Assembly: GCA_963662265.2 (NCBI GenBank)
Contig: CAXXHA010000014.1
Span: 1 to 64,000, forward strand
Length of the DNA stretch: 64,000 bases
From: Spirochaetia bacterium
GTDB taxonomy: Bacteria > Spirochaetota > Spirochaetia > CADAEX01
Reading direction: 5' to 3'
Position 1 is the first letter of the stretch; each line of letters begins with the position of its first letter. A model generated the notes under the pieces. It saw only the letters and a program-made list of their open reading frames with translations, was not told the origin of the DNA and did not search any database. A program made the position numbers and the translations under genes. Below are positions 38,118 through 48,886 of this stretch, piece after piece.

Positions 38118-39233
38118 ATGTTAAAGATTGGATTTGTCGGCTACAGGGGGATGGTTGGATCTGTCCTGATGCAGCGGATGGTTGAGGAAAATGATTTTGC
38201 TGGAATTGAAAAGCAGTTCTTTTCAACTTCACAGGCAGGGAAAAGCGATACATATGCAGGCGGAGATACCGGTATTCTCGAAGATGCATTTAATATAGAT
38301 AAACTCAAAACGATGGATGTTATAGTTACCTGCCAGGGAGGAAGCTATACGGAAAAAGTATATCCTGAACTAATGACAGCTGGCTGGAAGGGTTACTGGA
38401 TTGATGCTGCATCAACCTTAAGAATGGAAAAAGATAGTATTATTGTTCTTGATCCTGTTAACAGGCCGGTAATTGACAAGGCTCTTAAAGATGGAGTTAA
38501 GACATATGTGGGGGGGAACTGCACAGTAAGCCTCATGCTTATGGGTATTGGATCACTCTTTACAAACAATCTTGTCGAGTGGGTTACATCAATGACTTAC
38601 CAGGCTTCATCCGGTGCAGGCGCTAAAAATATGAAAGAGCTCCTTGCCCAGATGGTTTCGCTTGGCAAAGTTTCAGGCGAAACAATATATGATCCTGCTT
38701 CTGCAATTCTTGAAATTGACAGGGCAGTTACTGAAGAAATGAGAAGTACAGCTTTTCCTGTCGACAATTTCAGAGTGCCTCTTGCAGGGAGCGTTATCCC
38801 GTGGATTGACAAGAAACTTGATAACGGACAGTCAAAAGAGGAATGGAAAGGTGTTTCTGAAACTAATAAAATACTTCAGACAAAAAAACAGATTCCTATT
38901 GACGGTATCTGTGTAAGAATCGGTGCAATGAGATGCCACAGCCAGGGTATTACTGTTAAAATGAATAAAGATGTACCTCTTGATGAGATTTACAGCATGA
39001 TTGCAGAGGCTAACGAGTGGGTTAAGGTTATACCTAATGAAGTTGAGGATACGATCAGAGCTCTTACTCCTGCTGCTGTTACAGGCACACTAGATATTCC
39101 TGTCGGAAGAATGAGGAAGATGAATCTCGGACCTGAGTACCTAACACTTTTCACAGTAGGAGACCAGCTTCTCTGGGGTGCTGCTGAACCGGTAAGGAGA
39201 ATGCTTAACATAGTCAGAGAATATCTCGAATAG
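38118..39233 (+). CDS. asd: Aspartate-semialdehyde dehydrogenase
   Basis: [37 protein letters not shown]. Confidence 0.96.
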   Translation: MLKIGFVGYRGMVGSVLMQRMVEENDFAGIEKQFFSTSQAGKSDTYAGGDTGILEDAFNIDKLKTMDVIVTCQGGSYTEKVYPELMTAGWKGYWIDAASTLRMEKDSIIVLDPVNRPVIDKALKDGVKTYVGGNCTVSLMLMGIGSLFTNNLVEWVTSMTYQASSGAGAKNMKELLAQMVSLGKVSGETIYDPASAILEIDRAVTEEMRSTAFPVDNFRVPLAGSVIPWIDKKLDNGQSKEEWKGVSETNKILQTKKQIPIDGICVRIGAMRCHSQGITVKMNKDVPLDEIYSMIAEANEWVKVIPNEVEDTIRALTPAAVTGTLDIPVGRMRKMNLGPEYLTLFTVGDQLLWGAAEPVRRMLNIVREYLE

Positions 39234-39252
39234 TCCCTATTCTTATGAAAAT

Positions 39253-39283
39253 AAACGCTGCAGATAAAAATGCAGCGTTTTTT
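39253..39283 (+). terminator. Intrinsic terminator after asd
   Basis: AAACGCTGCA/TGCAGCGTTT stem plus T-run. Confidence 0.8.
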
Positions 39284-39404
39284 ATTTCTATAACTCCCAG
39301 TGGGAAAGATTTGTTTTTGTATGGTTAAAACAATATAATTATTAAAGATGAAATATTGTTTTGATCCTGAAAAATATATTTTATGAAATGAAAGAAGAGG
39401 TTTT

Positions 39405-39872
39405 ATGTCAGGTGATATAGTTGTTTGTGAAAAACAGGAAAAATATGCTTTGACTTTGAGAAAAATAATTTCCTATGATGAGATACCTGAGGAGTATGAT
39501 AATGGCTACAGGATGATTAACAATTATCTTAAAAGCATAAATATAACTCCGTCAGGAGATGCTTTTGCCATATATCACAATACACATATGGATAAGGTGG
39601 ATGTAGAAATAGGTTTCCCTGTTGCAGATGAGACTGAAGGGAAGGGTGATATTCTTAAATCAAAAACTGTTGCAGGCAAGGCAGCAGAATCTGTTTTCAA
39701 AGGTCCCTATACAAGGATGGAACCTGTTTACAATAAAATAACAAACTGGATAATTGAAAACAATTATCATCCTACAGGTGTTGTGTATGAAGAATATCTG
39801 AATGATCCCGGAACAACCCCTCCCGAAGAATTACTGACAAGAATCGGTTTTATTCTGGAAAAAACTGAATAG
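39405..39872 (+). CDS. GyrI-like small-molecule-binding protein
   Basis: DVEIGFPV, FKGPY, YEEYLNDPGTTPPEELLT. Confidence 0.85.
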   Translation: MSGDIVVCEKQEKYALTLRKIISYDEIPEEYDNGYRMINNYLKSINITPSGDAFAIYHNTHMDKVDVEIGFPVADETEGKGDILKSKTVAGKAAESVFKGPYTRMEPVYNKITNWIIENNYHPTGVVYEEYLNDPGTTPPEELLTRIGFILEKTE

Positions 39873-39878
39873 ATGTTT

Positions 39879-40655
39879 TCAGAGTTTATTTAAAATATTT
39901 TTCATATTATTCTGAAGATTACTGTAAATGAAGTTGTGTATTTTCTTTGTAGAAAGTTCCTCAATATCAGAAAACATTAAAACACAGCTGCCGTTTGAGT
40001 TGTTTCTGTGTGCTGCTACTATGCCGTTTACCCTGCATATAATTCCCTTGAGTTGCAGCTGAATATTTTCAATATATGTGTGAAGAGGTATAATAATATC
40101 TTCATTAAGAACAATAGCCATTCCTACAACACTGATATCAGTAATATTGCCACTGTATAAAAGGTCATTATATTTAAAATTAAGTTTTGTATTATCAGAA
40201 TCAAAATTTGAAGCTCTTAGAAACTTCCTTCTGCCTTTTGCTTCATTGACTTTTAAAGTTTTAAGAATGGTTATGGCGCTTTGTTCAAGAGAAAGACTTA
40301 ACAGTATAAAACCGCATGGAAGCATCATTTCCATAAGAAATTTTTGTGCCAGTTGCTGATCCTTATTGTAAGTCAGTATACCGATTCTACTTATATTTTC
40401 CTGACTTTCCAGCATTGATTTTATATATTTTTCCCACTCTTCATGATCAAGTTTTTCATCAATATTTATAAAGAGAATGGATTCAGGAAATATTTTGGAA
40501 ATTTCAAGCATTCTGTTATGATCACTGATCGAATAAACTTCATATTCATTATTTATGAGAATGTTTATCATGTCGTTCTGTATGACACTGTGAGGGTAGA
40601 GGAAAAAGACTTTTCTGCCCATTACTTCAGGATTTTCATTACTGGCTTTGCTCAT
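39879..40655 (-). CDS. PilZ-like domain protein (spirochaete type)
   Basis: RRKFLR and DISVVG motifs in C-terminal half. Confidence 0.7.
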   Translation of the reverse strand: MSKASNENPEVMGRKVFFLYPHSVIQNDMINILINNEYEVYSISDHNRMLEISKIFPESILFINIDEKLDHEEWEKYIKSMLESQENISRIGILTYNKDQQLAQKFLMEMMLPCGFILLSLSLEQSAITILKTLKVNEAKGRRKFLRASNFDSDNTKLNFKYNDLLYSGNITDISVVGMAIVLNEDIIIPLHTYIENIQLQLKGIICRVNGIVAAHRNNSNGSCVLMFSDIEELSTKKIHNFIYSNLQNNMKNILNKL

Positions 40656-40830
40656 GATAAAATTATAAATGCATTTTTTACTGTTGTCCAACCTAAAAAT
40701 AATGTATAATGATTGGCAGGTAAACCAAATGATTTCCTGTAAATATATAGTTTGCAGGTAAAGTATATCATTTTGGTCATCTTGAAAGTTGGCAGGTAAA
40801 CTTATTAAGGTTGTTTTGAGGGAGGTTTTT

Positions 40831-41238
40831 ATGGTTTTTAGGCAGATAATGGCTCTTTCACGTTCTCTTCACAGGTGTTTTAATGAAATAATAAAAAATA
40901 CAGGTCTTGGATCGGGACAGGTCTTTATTTTATTGAAAATTGTTGAAAATCCCGGGCTTAATCAGGATTTACTGTGCAGAATTCTTGAACTTGATAAATC
41001 AACTGTTACAAAAGGGATGAAAACACTTTTACAGAATAAGTATATAATCAGGCTGCGCGACAAGAATGATATGAGAAACTGGATAGTTTATCCATCAAAG
41101 AAAGGTGAAGCAGTGTATGAAGAAATTAAAAAATATGCTGATGAATTTGAAATGAAAATTACCGGGGAAATGGAAAAGGACGAAATAAATCTGCTTGTGG
41201 AAATGCTGGAACGAATAAGTGAAAAAACGTTAATGTAA
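40831..41238 (+). CDS. MarR-family regulator
   Basis: NPGLNQ..L...LDKSTVT...L....YI.R..D..D.R; GGAGG RBS before ATG 40831. Confidence 0.9.
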   Translation: MVFRQIMALSRSLHRCFNEIIKNTGLGSGQVFILLKIVENPGLNQDLLCRILELDKSTVTKGMKTLLQNKYIIRLRDKNDMRNWIVYPSKKGEAVYEEIKKYADEFEMKITGEMEKDEINLLVEMLERISEKTLM

Positions 41239-41322
41239 ATAATAAATAATTATGGAAAATAAATATTGATAAAAATATAAATAAATGTTTTAGTTTAACA
41301 ATTATTTAAAATGAGGCTTGCT

Positions 41323-43182
41323 ATGAAAATACGAACTAAACTGATTTTATCATTTCTTCTTACAGCTTTTATTCCGCTTTTATTTATAATATTTGTTTCT
41401 ACAAAAAACTCATATAACGAAGCATATAAGCTATCAGTAGATAATATTAACTCTTCAATTCTTCTTGCTGAGGATAAGATAAATACATATTTCGAAGCTG
41501 CCAGAGAAAATACTCTGATGATAGCAGAGAATATGCTTCTAAGAAACGCAGGAAACGATATAACTGTATATAAGAATAACACAGTTAAAACACCCATGAC
41601 TCCTGATGAAAACGGGGGTACAGAAGCAGAACTTTTCAGTTATTTTAAAAATGTTGTTGATTCCCATCCCGATTATGATTCGGCCTATATAGGATTATCT
41701 TACGGAGGGTTTGTTATGTACCCCCCTTCTGACAGAAAACCAGGTTATAATCCGCCTGAACGAGGCTGGTATAAAGCTGCTATGAAAAATACTGAAAAAG
41801 TAATAATCGCAGATGTATATATGGCTTCAGACGGGAAATCTGTAGTAATCAGCCCTGTTAAAGCTGTCAAAGACAGCAGCAACAATGTAATAGGAGTTGC
41901 CGCGTTTGACATGACGCTTGATACAATAACAGATACTCTTGAAAATATAAAATTCGGCGAAACAGGGTATGTTATTCTGATTGATGACAACGGCAGTGTG
42001 ATTTCTGATCCTGAAAATACAAATCTTAATTTCACAACCCTTGATCAGTGTCAGAATGGTTATGAAGAGCTTGCCGGTAAAGGGGATGGTGTTTACAGAA
42101 TTACGATTAACAGCAAAAAATACCTTGTTGTGAAAAAAACAAATCCCCTTGATAACAACGCAAATCTGATCGGTTTTATCGAAGAGAAAGAGGTTTTCAG
42201 TACTGCAAAAAAACAGACAGCAATTCTTATTGTGATAACTGTTGTCATGATGATAATACTGACTGTTACAGGAATTCTGATCTCCGGAAGTATTACAAAG
42301 CCGCTTATGATAGGGGTCCAGTTTGCTGACAGGCTTTCAAACGGTGATCTCACTGAACAGCTTGATATTAAAAGAAGTGATGAGATTGGAATGCTTGTGG
42401 GATCTCTTAACAGCATGCTGCTCAAGATAAGAGAGGCAATTGAACAGATTGTGAATATCTCAGAAAGCGTATCAAAAGGAAGCAGTGAAATATCTGACAA
42501 CAGCCAGGTACTGTCATCAGGTGCATCAGAACAAGCTGCAACACTTGAAGAGGTGACATCAAGCATGGAAGAACTTGTAAGTGTAATAGAGCAGAACACT
42601 GAAAGTTCAATTCACAGCAATGAGATGGCTCTTGAATCTGCCGATAAGGCGGAAAAAGGGAGTAAACGGGTTTTTGAGACAATTGATGCAATGAAGAATA
42701 TTTCTGAAAGAATAACTGTAATTGAGGAGATAGCGCGTAATACAAACCTCCTTGCCCTCAATGCTGCAATTGAGGCTGCAAGGGCTGGTGAAGCAGGCAA
42801 AGGATTTACAGTTGTTGCAAGCGAGGTAAGGAAACTTGCGGAAAACAGCCAGAAGGCTGCCGGTGAAATTGTTACTATTTCAACTGAAAGCCTCAAGACA
42901 TCTGAAGCTGCGGGGCTGATGATCAATGAGATGCTGCCTGTAATAAAATCAACTTCAGAGCTTATAGAAAATATATCTTCAGGTTCCAGGGAGCAGTCAA
43001 AAGGAGCAGAAGAGGTTAACAGGGCGCTTGAATCGCTTGATTCTGTTGTTCAGCAGAATGCTTCCGCTGCAGAAGAACTTGCCTCAATGTCTGAAGAACT
43101 GAATGCCCAGGCAGGTGTAATGATTGATGCTGTATCATTCTTTAAGATAAATACTGATAACGAAATATACAGCGCTGAATAA
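41323..43182 (+). CDS. Methyl-accepting chemotaxis protein (dCache, HAMP)
   Basis: TM-Cache (Y.PPERGWY)-TM-HAMP (DEIG.L)[22 protein letters not shown]. Confidence 0.95.
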   Translation: MKIRTKLILSFLLTAFIPLLFIIFVSTKNSYNEAYKLSVDNINSSILLAEDKINTYFEAARENTLMIAENMLLRNAGNDITVYKNNTVKTPMTPDENGGTEAELFSYFKNVVDSHPDYDSAYIGLSYGGFVMYPPSDRKPGYNPPERGWYKAAMKNTEKVIIADVYMASDGKSVVISPVKAVKDSSNNVIGVAAFDMTLDTITDTLENIKFGETGYVILIDDNGSVISDPENTNLNFTTLDQCQNGYEELAGKGDGVYRITINSKKYLVVKKTNPLDNNANLIGFIEEKEVFSTAKKQTAILIVITVVMMIILTVTGILISGSITKPLMIGVQFADRLSNGDLTEQLDIKRSDEIGMLVGSLNSMLLKIREAIEQIVNISESVSKGSSEISDNSQVLSSGASEQAATLEEVTSSMEELVSVIEQNTESSIHSNEMALESADKAEKGSKRVFETIDAMKNISERITVIEEIARNTNLLALNAAIEAARAGEAGKGFTVVASEVRKLAENSQKAAGEIVTISTESLKTSEAAGLMINEMLPVIKSTSELIENISSGSREQSKGAEEVNRALESLDSVVQQNASAAEELASMSEELNAQAGVMIDAVSFFKINTDNEIYSAE

Positions 43183-43422
43183 AAATTATGCTGATATCCG
43201 GTCTTTCCCTGCAGAGGTTATGCGGCAGGGGAGGATCTGAATGCAAATAACTCAACAGCAGCACGTGAAGACAGGTATTTCTGCAGAAAATATTTTTAAT
43301 TTATTATCCGGTAAATTAATATACGGATAATATAAAGCAAAATAATAACGTGGCATCAAAGAAGTGATTGATTTATCCATTAACTCATAGAATAATAAAA
43401 AAAAGTTCTGGAGTTAAAAACA

Positions 43423-44535
43423 ATGACAAAAAATGTTTTAATTGGAATAATAATACTTTCTGCCGGTTGCAGTATCGGCCGCTATAATGATATCAGCCGC
43501 TTCGGAGATGACAGCGGTGATATCGGCAGCGGCGCGTTAACATATTGCGGCCGTTATGCTGATCCGAATATAGATGGTCCGTATTATATAGAAATATCAC
43601 CTGACGGAAAGCATGCTTATGCCGCAGGTTCTGTGGCAGATTCAGTTGCCTGGTTTTCCAGGAACACTACAACCGGAGCATTAAGTTATGCTGGCAGATA
43701 CAGCAATATTTTAATAGATAATACCTATTCAGTAGAAATATCACCTGATGGAAATCACGCATATGTGGCTGCGTCTACTGCAGACACTGTCGCGTGGTTT
43801 ACCAGGAATACGGCAACCGGCGAATTAACTTATATAAACAATTATGCGGGCCCGAATATTGATGGCATTAGAAACGTCATAATATCACCCGATGGAAAAC
43901 ATGCTTATGCCGCGGCATACAGTGCAAACGCGGTTGCCTGGTTTTCGAGAAATACAACGACAGGCGAGTTGACTTATACAGACAGATACAGCAACGCAGT
44001 CATTCTGGGAGCGGATAGTGTTGTAATATCACCTGACGGGAAGCATGTATATGTTTCAGCTTTTGCCAGTGATGCGGTTGCCTGGTTTACAAGAGATGCA
44101 ACAACCGGCGCTTTAATTTATGGCGGAGTATACAGTGACGCAAATATTACTGCAACACAATCAGTAGAAATATCACCTGACGGAAAGCATGTCTATGCGA
44201 CATCGTCGGGTCAGGATGCGGTTGCCTGGTTTACGAGAGATGCAGCAACCGGCGCTTTAACTTACGGCGGGCGATATGCTGATATAAATATTGACGGCGC
44301 AAGATCTGTAAAAATCGCGCCTGACGGGAATCATGCTTATGTCGCAGCTCAAACTGCAGATGCGGTTGCCTGGTTTAGAAGAAATACAGAAACAGGTGAG
44401 TTGAACTATGGCGGCAGATTCATTAACACTGATATAGACAGTACATTTTCAATTGATGTATCTCCTGACGGTAATCATGTGTACGCGGCTGCCGCCATGG
44501 CTGATGCGGCTGCATGGTTTGTAAGGGACAAATAA
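43423..44535 (+). CDS. 7-bladed beta-propeller lipoprotein (lactonase-like fold)
   Basis: Seven ~46-aa repeats ISPDG(K/N)H.Y...D.VAWF.R...TG.L.Y; LSAGC lipobox. Confidence 0.85.
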   Translation: MTKNVLIGIIILSAGCSIGRYNDISRFGDDSGDIGSGALTYCGRYADPNIDGPYYIEISPDGKHAYAAGSVADSVAWFSRNTTTGALSYAGRYSNILIDNTYSVEISPDGNHAYVAASTADTVAWFTRNTATGELTYINNYAGPNIDGIRNVIISPDGKHAYAAAYSANAVAWFSRNTTTGELTYTDRYSNAVILGADSVVISPDGKHVYVSAFASDAVAWFTRDATTGALIYGGVYSDANITATQSVEISPDGKHVYATSSGQDAVAWFTRDAATGALTYGGRYADINIDGARSVKIAPDGNHAYVAAQTADAVAWFRRNTETGELNYGGRFINTDIDSTFSIDVSPDGNHVYAAAAMADAAAWFVRDK

Positions 44536-44537
44536 CA

Positions 44538-44574
44538 GGCTTTCAAACAACCTGCTTTGCTGGTGGTTGTTGAT
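44538..44574 (-). repeat. Isolated copy of IS200/IS605-like end hairpin
   Basis: 36/37 nt identical to 25888-25924. Confidence 0.8.
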
Positions 44575-44605
44575 AATATATATCTGGATCTTTGTCAGCT
44601 AAAAA

Positions 44606-46360
44606 TCAGTCTATTTCCCCTATAAGCATCTTGAGTTCCCTGATCTGGGTTACAATTTTACTCCTGTCATAGTTCTGGAACTTTTTCGGCACCATTTCCC
44701 TGCTTGTACATTCAAGAACCGCAACAAGGTTCTGAAGTTCAATTTCATGGGGATACGCTGGCGGAACAAAGTCCCTGATAGTCTCTTCAAGATCTTCCTT
44801 TGTTATTATCACGTGATTATTCATTGTGGCATTGAATTTTGCCCTTATCAGTATTGCTTCTATATCAGCTCCTGAAGATTCCATCTTATATTTTCTGAAA
44901 AGGTCTGAAATACCAAGGTTCTGCTGAACTTTCAGCTTGAGCTTTTTGATAAGTGTCAGGAAAAGCTGTTCCCTCTCATCTACAGTATCAGGATAAAAAA
45001 GGGCAAGATGTTCTTCAGCTCTTCCCTGCCTCTTGAGGTCAATCGGAAGAAGATCGGGGCGGCATGTGATGAGAAACCAGAGTATTTTACCCCGGTAATC
45101 AGTATTTCCCATGAAAGATGCAAGCTGTGCAAAAATCCTGTTGCTTGTTCCTGAGTCCCCCTCCTGATTCCTGCTTCCGAGAAATGCATCTGCCTCATCA
45201 ATAAGAACACCTACAGGCGCCATCGCTTTGAGTATGTTAAGAACTTTTTCGAAATTCGCCTCAGACACACCCTGCCATTTTGATCTGAAATTCTTCAGTT
45301 TTACAACAGGAATTCCGATTTCGCCTGCAAAAGCGGTTACCATGAAAGATTTCCCTGTTCCTACAGGGCCTGCAATAAGGTATCCCATCGGGAGAACATC
45401 GAGGCGGCCCTGTTTAATGGCCCTTGTCGCGCTTTTAAACCTCTTTTTCACGAAGTCATGGCCTGAGACCATGGAAAGGTCATGCTCTGTTTCGATAAAT
45501 TCAAGAAGACCTGCAGCCTCGTTTTCGATTATCTCTTTTTTTCTCTGCTTAAGGTATTCAAGCGAAATAGGCCTGTCCTCTTCAAAGGATTCAGCTGCAA
45601 GCTGGTTGAGGTTTAAAAGATTGAGCCCGCTTGTTATTCTTGCTACTTTCTCGCATGTCAGCCTGTCTTCAAGCATGAGTGCATTCTGGGAATCTATGAA
45701 ATTAAGAAAACTCGACCTGATTTTTTCATCCGGGATAGGGATATTCACTTTAACTGTCGAGGGAGACCTTACAAGACGGGGGCTCAGGTCTGAAAGGTTT
45801 TCTGTCAGAAGTATTGCTGAAACATCACCTTTAGTGAAAATAGGATCATGGCTCCATCTGTTCAAGGTTACAAGGCAGTATCTGTCTTCATCGCTCATCT
45901 TTGATATATCACTGTTTGAGACTACTGTTTCCGCATAGTCGATAATTAGAATAATCCTGAGTTTCTTTGGAATATTTATGAGGAAATATTTTTCCAGGTA
46001 CTTGAAAGCCTTTGTGGGATCTGATGAGAGAAGTTCCTCCGATTCTATCCCTGGGTAATGTGTTTTCATTACCTTGAGGTAGGTCTTCATCATATCCTGT
46101 GTGCAGAAATTTATCCCTGATGACCTGTCATAGAATATAATTATGTCTTTATTCCCGAAAAGAACTTCAGATATGAATTCCTGTATCCTTACAAAGATAA
46201 ATTCCCCCTCATACATCTTGTTGGGAAGAAAATCCCGTATATTTCCGTTTATAATGTAAAGATTTGCTGTTTTCGAACAGTACTTGTATGAAAGTTCCTG
46301 TGCCCATGTAGGCAGTACTTTAATAAAAGGCAGATTTTTAACTATTAATTGTTCCTGCAT
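44606..46360 (-). CDS. AAA+ ATPase (degenerate N-terminal and active C-terminal module)
   Basis: GPVGTGKS, LIDEAD, RPDLLPIDLKRQGR. Confidence 0.85.
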   Translation of the reverse strand: MQEQLIVKNLPFIKVLPTWAQELSYKYCSKTANLYIINGNIRDFLPNKMYEGEFIFVRIQEFISEVLFGNKDIIIFYDRSSGINFCTQDMMKTYLKVMKTHYPGIESEELLSSDPTKAFKYLEKYFLINIPKKLRIILIIDYAETVVSNSDISKMSDEDRYCLVTLNRWSHDPIFTKGDVSAILLTENLSDLSPRLVRSPSTVKVNIPIPDEKIRSSFLNFIDSQNALMLEDRLTCEKVARITSGLNLLNLNQLAAESFEEDRPISLEYLKQRKKEIIENEAAGLLEFIETEHDLSMVSGHDFVKKRFKSATRAIKQGRLDVLPMGYLIAGPVGTGKSFMVTAFAGEIGIPVVKLKNFRSKWQGVSEANFEKVLNILKAMAPVGVLIDEADAFLGSRNQEGDSGTSNRIFAQLASFMGNTDYRGKILWFLITCRPDLLPIDLKRQGRAEEHLALFYPDTVDEREQLFLTLIKKLKLKVQQNLGISDLFRKYKMESSGADIEAILIRAKFNATMNNHVIITKEDLEETIRDFVPPAYPHEIELQNLVAVLECTSREMVPKKFQNYDRSKIVTQIRELKMLIGEID

Positions 46361-46558
46361 ATCCCCTCTCCGTTTAACAGGTTAATGTGTATGATAATGA
46401 TAAGTCAATATAAAACAGAAATATACCGGCTTGTTAATGATTTTAAGTAACTGGCCTGATTTTATAATTAATCTGTTTAATTGATTCTAATATCTATTAT
46501 TATAACAGTTTATATTAAAAATGTTGCAATATTATCATATTTATGCGATTTTCAGCTT

Positions 46559-47389
46559 ATGGAAAAAATTAATATTTATACAGACGGCGGATGTTCAGGT
46601 AACCCGGGTCCCGGCGGCTGGGCATATGTTATTATTGACAGTTCAGGCCTTATAAAAGCATCAGGCGGTGATAAAAATACAACAAACAATAAAATGGAGC
46701 TTACTGCGGTTATAAAAGCTCTGGAATATATCTCATCTTCAGAAAAATATAAAAATATGAAGCCGGTTATTCATACAGATTCGACATATGTGAAAAACGG
46801 GATTACTGCATGGATTAAGACATGGGTGATGAACGGCTGGAAAACAGCAGCAAAACAGCCTGTTAAAAACAAGGAGCTGTGGCAGGAACTGAAAAATATT
46901 GATGACAGTCTTTCCTCTGAATGGAAATGGGTAAAAGGCCATGCAGGAAATGAATACAATGAGATGTGTGATTCCCTTGTCGGCGGGGAAATGGATAAAA
47001 TTACCGGAAGAAACAGCAGCACAAAGAAATCTGTAAAGAAATCAGATTCTGCTTTCAGCCTGAATAACAGGAAATTCAGATCTGTGGAAAATACTGATAA
47101 CGGAGAAGTAACAGGAGATACTGTTTTTAACTATTACCAGGATGGTAAAATGATATGGGCTGATTATTCTGGAGGTTCTGTTGTAAAGGGACATTTGATT
47201 GGATTGATAGACAAGAATAATAATCTTGATTTCAGGTATCATCATATAAATACTTCGAATGAGATAATGACAGGAAAGTGCAAATCAAAACCGGAAATAC
47301 TTGAAAACGGTAAAATACGGTTTCATGAGAAATGGCAGTGGACTTGCAGGGACAGATCATCAGGTACTTCCGTAGTTGAAGAAATATAG
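46559..47389 (+). CDS. rnhA: Ribonuclease HI with extra C-terminal beta-rich domain
   Basis: IYTDGGCSGNPGPGGW, TTNNKMEL, TDSTYV, WVKGHAG.EYNEMCD; then ~100-aa LNNRKFRSVENTDNGEV domain. Confidence 0.88.
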   Translation: MEKINIYTDGGCSGNPGPGGWAYVIIDSSGLIKASGGDKNTTNNKMELTAVIKALEYISSSEKYKNMKPVIHTDSTYVKNGITAWIKTWVMNGWKTAAKQPVKNKELWQELKNIDDSLSSEWKWVKGHAGNEYNEMCDSLVGGEMDKITGRNSSTKKSVKKSDSAFSLNNRKFRSVENTDNGEVTGDTVFNYYQDGKMIWADYSGGSVVKGHLIGLIDKNNNLDFRYHHINTSNEIMTGKCKSKPEILENGKIRFHEKWQWTCRDRSSGTSVVEEI

Positions 47390-47500
47390 ACTTCTTTCGC
47401 AGTTTAAATAAAGTGTATATTTGTGCAGTTTTTCATTGCAGGTCCCTGTTTTTGGATTATTTAACTTGAAACTAAAAAGAAAAAATATCATTATTATATT

Positions 47501-48712
47501 ATGAAATTATATTCAAGAGGGCAGTTGCTTTTCTACTGCCTTGCAAGTTCAGTTATAGTTGTATTATTTCTCATCGGGTTCGGTGTTTTCAGGATAAATT
47601 CTAAAGTTGATTCTGATGTTTCATCAATTGCATCACAGCAGAAGGAAGAGGAATTTATTTATCAGACTAATTATTCCGATTCAAATATTGTAAGTGTAAA
47701 CGATTCTTCACGCTATACAGAAGATGAACTTGAAAATATAAAAGTCTACCAGACTCTCAATGAGGCTGTAGTAAATATATCAATCGAAGTAGTGACACTT
47801 AACTGGTTTCTCGAACCTGTTCCCCGTGAAGGGGGAAGCGGTTCAGGCTCTATAATAGACAAAAGAGGATATATTCTTACAAACCGCCATGTTGTTGAGA
47901 ATGCATACAAGGTATATGTGACGCTGTCTGACGGTTCACAGTTTGAAGGCAAGGTTGTAGGAATTGATCCTGAAAATGATCTTTCTGTCGTTAAAATAGA
48001 ACCAGGTGACAGGGAACTTGTTACAATACCGTTCGGCAATTCAGATGATCTTCTGGTCGGTCAGAAAGTTCTTGCTATCGGAAACCCTTTCGGTTATGAG
48101 AGAACTCTTACAACCGGTGTTATATCCGGTCTTGGCCGTCCTGTAAAACCTACATCTGCAAGTAAATATATAATCAAGGATATGATACAGACAGATGCTT
48201 CAATCAATCCGGGTAATTCCGGCGGCCCTATGATAAGTTCACGGGGCGAGATGATTGGTATAAATACAATGATTTACTCTCCAACCGGAGGATCTATCGG
48301 TATAGGATTTGCTGTTCCTGTTAATACTGCAAGAAGAGTGGTTCCCGAGCTTATAAAGTATGGCGAGGTAAACAGGGGCTGGATTGATATCGAGCCGATT
48401 CAGCTGTTTCCTGAACTTGTAAGGTATGCATCTCTTCCTGTTTCACAGGGGCTCCTTGTTTCCAGGGTTGCAGATAACAGCACAGCGGAAAAAGCCGGTA
48501 TCAGGGGAGGGCGCGAAGCTGTAAGATACGGAAGATCTACTTTTTATATCGGCGGAGACATCATAATCAGGGCTGATGGTATTGATATCAAGAATTTTAC
48601 TGATTTTTACAGCGCTCTTGAAGACAACCATCCGGGAGATAGAATAAAAGTTACTGTTCTCAGGGGCAAGAAGGAAGTTGAACTTACTGTTGAACTTTCC
48701 AGGCGGCATTGA
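47501..48712 (+). CDS. HtrA/DegP-like serine protease with PDZ
   Basis: GSGSII, LTNRHVV, DLSV, IQTDASINPGNSGGP. Confidence 0.93.
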   Translation: MKLYSRGQLLFYCLASSVIVVLFLIGFGVFRINSKVDSDVSSIASQQKEEEFIYQTNYSDSNIVSVNDSSRYTEDELENIKVYQTLNEAVVNISIEVVTLNWFLEPVPREGGSGSGSIIDKRGYILTNRHVVENAYKVYVTLSDGSQFEGKVVGIDPENDLSVVKIEPGDRELVTIPFGNSDDLLVGQKVLAIGNPFGYERTLTTGVISGLGRPVKPTSASKYIIKDMIQTDASINPGNSGGPMISSRGEMIGINTMIYSPTGGSIGIGFAVPVNTARRVVPELIKYGEVNRGWIDIEPIQLFPELVRYASLPVSQGLLVSRVADNSTAEKAGIRGGREAVRYGRSTFYIGGDIIIRADGIDIKNFTDFYSALEDNHPGDRIKVTVLRGKKEVELTVELSRRH

Positions 48713-48886
48713 TTGAAGTTATTAGTGCAGAATAAATAATTTCTTTTTGATGGAAAATTAACAAACAATAAAGCTTTTTAAGCGTTATCAGGTAAGTATT
48801 ATAATTTACCCTGATATATCCTTTATTTCTGACAGTAAATCGAATTGACTGAAAAATAATCTAATAAATTAACAGGGGCATAAAAC

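Noticed and set aside
45228-45938. 236-aa antisense ORF (and similar antisense ORFs within gpmI, MCP, uvrB, MFS)
   Set aside because: Shadow ORFs opposite well-conserved genes, without motifs or RBS
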